NCBI GenBank assembly: GCA_965248835.1
Contig: CBDFLJ010000002.1
Location: forward strand, 1,120,001-1,184,000
Direction of reading: 5' to 3'
Length of the DNA: 64,000 nucleotides
Origin: Alphaproteobacteria bacterium
GTDB taxonomy: Bacteria > Pseudomonadota > Alphaproteobacteria > MPNO01
In this document: piece after piece, positions 60,588-64,000 of the stretch
Layout: each line of letters opens with the position of its first letter
Numbering within the stretch: the stretch's first letter is position 1
The notes under the pieces: model-generated
Database searches by the model: none
Told to the model about the DNA's origin: nothing
Seen by the model: the letters and a program-made list of their open reading frames with translations, nothing else
Program-made: the position numbers and the translations under genes

Positions 60588-61099
60588 TGTCCGCCGGGGT
60601 CCGAGCTATCGCGAAGGCGGCGCAGGTCCTCGAAAACCCGGTAGAGGACGTAGAGCGCCATCGCGGCGATGCCGACCGGCAGCAGCCACCGGCTGGGCCA
60701 GACATCGACGAAGCCGGCCGCGGTCTCCCACATCTCACCCCTGTCCGTACGCTCGAGCGCCACCACCGTCGTCTGCCAGGCGAACACGGCGAGATAGGCG
60801 AAGGTGATGACGTTTACCGCGATCTCCAGACGGAACAGCGGTCTGGCCGAAAGCGAGCGGGTGAACAGCTCGACGATGATCTGTCCTTCGTGCCGGCTGA
60901 TATAGGCCAGTGGCAGGAACGAGACCGCGACCATGTAGTAGGCCGAGACGACCTCGATCGTGCCCTGGAAGGGGTGGTTGAAGACGACGCGGCCGATCAC
61001 GTCGATCGTGATGTGGGCCATCATCAGAAACCCGCTGAAGCAGGCCAGCCACATCAGGAAGTTGATCGGCAGGACGAGCGCCTTGCTGAGCCTGTCCAA
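60584..61099 (-). CDS. dctQ: TRAP transporter small permease (DctQ)
   Basis: DVIGR...P..GTIEVV, four TM helices. Confidence 0.88.
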   Translation of the reverse strand: MDRLSKALVLPINFLMWLACFSGFLMMAHITIDVIGRVVFNHPFQGTIEVVSAYYMVAVSFLPLAYISRHEGQIIVELFTRSLSARPLFRLEIAVNVITFAYLAVFAWQTTVVALERTDRGEMWETAAGFVDVWPSRWLLPVGIAAMALYVLYRVFEDLRRLRDSSDPGGQ

Positions 61100-61177
61100 G
61101 ATGCCGCTTTCGTTGCCTCGACCGAGCGCGAGGCACGAACGGGCCGGTTCGGCCCGCTCGCGCGGTGCCGCCGCCCG

Positions 61178-62296
61178 TTAGAGCTTGTTGATGTCGATCT
61201 GGTCGTAGATCTCGCGCTGCAGGATGGCCTCGTACTTCGCGGTGTCGCTGCCGATTTCCTTCGACAGCTTGCCCCACTTCACCAGCGCTGCTTCGAACGC
61301 ATCGGCGATTCTTTCCGGGTTCTTGACGCCGAATTTTCGGGCGTTGGCGATGTTCTGCTCGCGCTGCACCTTCTTGCGCTTTGCGACGAGCTCGGCGAAC
61401 TCCGCGCCGCCGGGATAAAGGGTGACGCCGACCTCCTTGGCCGAGGCGAGAATCGCCGCATCGCGCAGCTTGTAGGCCGTGATCACCGAATCGGCGATGA
61501 CCCGCGGGGCGTATTTCAGATGCGCTTTCTTCTGGGCCAGGGTCAGCTTGTCCCAGCTATCGCGGTTGAGAAAGATCGAGAGCACAGGCCCGACCATGCC
61601 TAGCGGATAGTTCAGGATGTGCTTGGCGACATCCTGGTATCCGTAGGACTTCAGCCACGATGGCGCGCCAAGGACGCAATCGACGGTCCCGCGCTGGAGT
61701 GCGGTGGTCGCCTTGGCCGGGCTCATGGCGACGGGAGTCGCACCGGCCTGCCTCATGAGATAGACCCCGCCCCCCGAGCTGCGGACCTTCTTTCCCTTGA
61801 GCTCGGCGAGGTTCCTTACCGGCTTGCGGCACATCAGCATGAACGGCGAGGCCGAGTAGCTGCCCAGAACGACGGCATTGTTCCTTCTGATCTCCGCTAG
61901 GCATTCGGGGCAGCGGAGCAGCAGCGTTTCGGCGCTCGCGCCGCCCGCGGCGACGATGTCCTCGCCGAAGACCAGAGTCGAGAAGACGCTGTTCGTCGCC
62001 GGCAGATCGGCCGGCGTGTAGGAGGGGATCGGCATCCCGGCATCGGCGATGCCGTCGCGCACGCCGGCGAGCGTGCCGCGCCCGTTCATCAACTGTCCGC
62101 CGGCGACCATCTTCCAGGTGATCTCGCCGCCGGTGTCCTTGGTCACCCCTCTGAACATGTGCGGCAACGATCCGGACATGACTGGATGCTTGGGGCTGAC
62201 CCAGCTCCCGTAGATCAGCTCGCGGGCCTCGGCCGACTGCGCGGCGAGCGCGCCGACGGTCATTGTCGCGGCCAGTAGCGGCAGTATCCGCTTCAT
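61178..62296 (-). CDS. dctP: TRAP transporter substrate-binding protein (DctP family)
   Basis: Signal peptide MKRILPLL, GVRDGIAD, ELKGKKVR, ALQRGTVD. Confidence 0.88.
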   Translation of the reverse strand: MKRILPLLAATMTVGALAAQSAEARELIYGSWVSPKHPVMSGSLPHMFRGVTKDTGGEITWKMVAGGQLMNGRGTLAGVRDGIADAGMPIPSYTPADLPATNSVFSTLVFGEDIVAAGGASAETLLLRCPECLAEIRRNNAVVLGSYSASPFMLMCRKPVRNLAELKGKKVRSSGGGVYLMRQAGATPVAMSPAKATTALQRGTVDCVLGAPSWLKSYGYQDVAKHILNYPLGMVGPVLSIFLNRDSWDKLTLAQKKAHLKYAPRVIADSVITAYKLRDAAILASAKEVGVTLYPGGAEFAELVAKRKKVQREQNIANARKFGVKNPERIADAFEAALVKWGKLSKEIGSDTAKYEAILQREIYDQIDINKL

Positions 62297-62416
62297 CACG
62301 GTTTCCTCTCCTGCTCCATTCTGCGGCGTTCGTTCCTCTCGGCATCGAGGCGACGGATTTGAATTCATCCAACTCGATTCACCAAATACGCGCAAGCCAC
62401 AACCCATTTCGATGCG

Positions 62417-62908
62417 CTAGACGATGATCGACAATCGGCCTTGCGGCCGAAGCGCCTCCATTTCCAGGATTGTGCGCTTCTCTCTGATCCGCCAGCTATC
62501 ACCGTGGGTGAGCAGGACGTATTCATGCCGGCCGAAAAAGCTGTCGGTGACGCCCTGGCTCGACCGCATAGTGATGAAGGCGCTCTGGGTCTTGAGCGTG
62601 GTGCCGGTGTTCCCGAGCACCCGGACGTTGGAGACCAGGCGCTTGGTCCGCGAGCGCGGGTGTTCGGAATGGGCGGACTCCTTGCCGAGCCGCCCGACCC
62701 GCTCGGCGAGGTGATGGGCATCGTCGGCGATCAAATAAAGCGTCGAGGCGGGCGGCGCATAAGGATCCCCAGCCGGGTTCGGCACGAGATACCGGCAATC
62801 CTCGGTGAACAGCGCAAGCCAGTCCTCAAGGCGCCATTCGTCCAGCATCGCGGCTTCCTCGATCAGGAACATCTCGACCCTGATTTTCAGGTCGGCAGCC
62901 TCGGTCAC
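62417..62908 (-). CDS. Aromatic-ring-hydroxylating dioxygenase beta subunit
   Basis: EAAMLDEWRLEDWL.LF, EHPRSRTKRLVSNV, IREKR; GTGA overlap with the alpha subunit. Confidence 0.92.
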   Translation of the reverse strand: MTEAADLKIRVEMFLIEEAAMLDEWRLEDWLALFTEDCRYLVPNPAGDPYAPPASTLYLIADDAHHLAERVGRLGKESAHSEHPRSRTKRLVSNVRVLGNTGTTLKTQSAFITMRSSQGVTDSFFGRHEYVLLTHGDSWRIREKRTILEMEALRPQGRLSIIV

Positions 62909-64000
62909 GCCCGGCCTTCGACATCCAGCAGGCATTGCTGCCAGGCACGCCAGAACGCGCGCTGCGGCAGTTCGTCCTTGGTCTGTCCGTGAACATCCTC
63001 GGACGACCCGCGGAAGCCCTTCGACAGGTCGTTCCACGGAGCCTCCCGACATGCGGCAAACGCGCGGTGGCAGGATTCCAGAGCCTCGACGTCATCGGGC
63101 GTGGCAAATCCCGCCGGCCCGAGGAATTCCAGAAAGTTGGTCAGCCGGCGTTCGAGGGCGGGCGTGCCGCGCTCCTCGATCGGCGCCAGGGCCCAGGCGC
63201 TGACCTCCATGTAATCGACCGCCGTCGGCTGGAAGGTCCTGATAGTGAGCGACATGATGTCGTTGATCACCAGGTTGGGAAAGATCAGCATGTTGCGGCT
63301 GCATCCGGCCATCTTGTTCGCGGTTTCCTCGCCGAAACGGCGGACCAGGCGTTCGCGGGTTCGCGCGATCTCGGCCTTCGCCTCGGCGCCCCAGAGCGAG
63401 ATCCATTTGGCGATGGGCCGCCCGTGCGGCGCGTCGCGTTCGACCACTGCGTGGCCGTTGCCAAGGTCGATGCTTTCCCCCTCCATCGCGCCGCCCCCGA
63501 TCGCGCCGTCGGAGTTCCGCCTGACCAGATCAAGATAGGTCGCATGCAGCGTGTGAATGTGCACGATGTCGGTGCTGTTCTCGGCCAGCAGCTTCCAGTT
63601 CGCCCGCATGCTGTATTCCTGCGGCTGCCCGACGATCTCCATGCCCATCTCGGCCTGGTCAACGACGCGGTCGATAAAGGTGCGGGCCGCGCCCAAATAG
63701 TCCGGCAGGGCCGGCGCATCGGGATCGAAGTTCAGGAACCATAAGCCGCGGTATTGGTCCAACCGCGCAACCGGTACCAGGTCGTTGCCTCCGTTGGCCT
63801 TGAAACCGGGCGGATAGGTGTCCTCCTCGGTGATATGCAGCACCGTGCCGTCGCTTGCGAAGGACCAGCCGTGATAGAGGCAATGGAACGCCCTGGCGTT
63901 GCCCTCGCGATGGCGGCAGAGCTGCGCGCCACGGTGCGGACAGATGTTGAGGAGGCATCTTACGGTGCCCGCCCCGTCCCGCACGAAGATGACCGGACGC
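62905..64000 (-). CDS. Rieske aromatic-ring-hydroxylating dioxygenase alpha subunit (5' end outside window)
   Basis: CPH..CLYH Rieske motif, NWKLLAEN..D..H....H, IFPN, PDDVEALE. Confidence 0.93.
   Translation of the reverse strand, partial: RPVIFVRDGAGTVRCLLNICPHRGAQLCRHREGNARAFHCLYHGWSFASDGTVLHITEEDTYPPGFKANGGNDLVPVARLDQYRGLWFLNFDPDAPALPDYLGAARTFIDRVVDQAEMGMEIVGQPQEYSMRANWKLLAENSTDIVHIHTLHATYLDLVRRNSDGAIGGGAMEGESIDLGNGHAVVERDAPHGRPIAKWISLWGAEAKAEIARTRERLVRRFGEETANKMAGCSRNMLIFPNLVINDIMSLTIRTFQPTAVDYMEVSAWALAPIEERGTPALERRLTNFLEFLGPAGFATPDDVEALESCHRAFAACREAPWNDLSKGFRGSSEDVHGQTKDELPQRAFWRAWQQCLLDVEGRA

Overview
High-GC alphaproteobacterial chromosome segment (Rhodospirillales-like synteny, by inference). 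Positions ~1-42 kb are a dense block of catabolic and transport genes with no recognisable local regulator. It holds an amidohydrolase, two luciferase-like oxidoreductases, an atypical asparaginase-fold protein, a cyanuric-acid-hydrolase/barbiturase-family operon, TAXI and DctPQM TRAP transporters, tandem MetE-like zinc enzymes, two IS relics, a twice-frameshifted peptidase gene, a compact aspartate carbamoyltransferase-like gene and tRNA-Ser. The most notable part is an aryl-CoA module at 27.8-37.6 kb: acyl-CoA ligase, phthaloyl-CoA-decarboxylase-like UbiD enzyme (behind a long structured leader), benzoate-CoA ligase and an HmfABC-like molybdenum hydroxylase. Positions ~42-59 kb are conserved core genes (mucR, rpiB-glyA-nrdR-ribD-ribE-ribBA-ribH-nusB-thiL, hppA, bamE, cbp3-yceD-rpmF-plsX-fabH-ihfA-merR, tRNA-Pro). 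Positions 59-64 kb carry a Rieske dioxygenase plus TRAP operon cut by the window edge. No CRISPR array, prophage or intact mobile element was seen. All family assignments come from motif recognition and recalled reference sequences, not from database searches.
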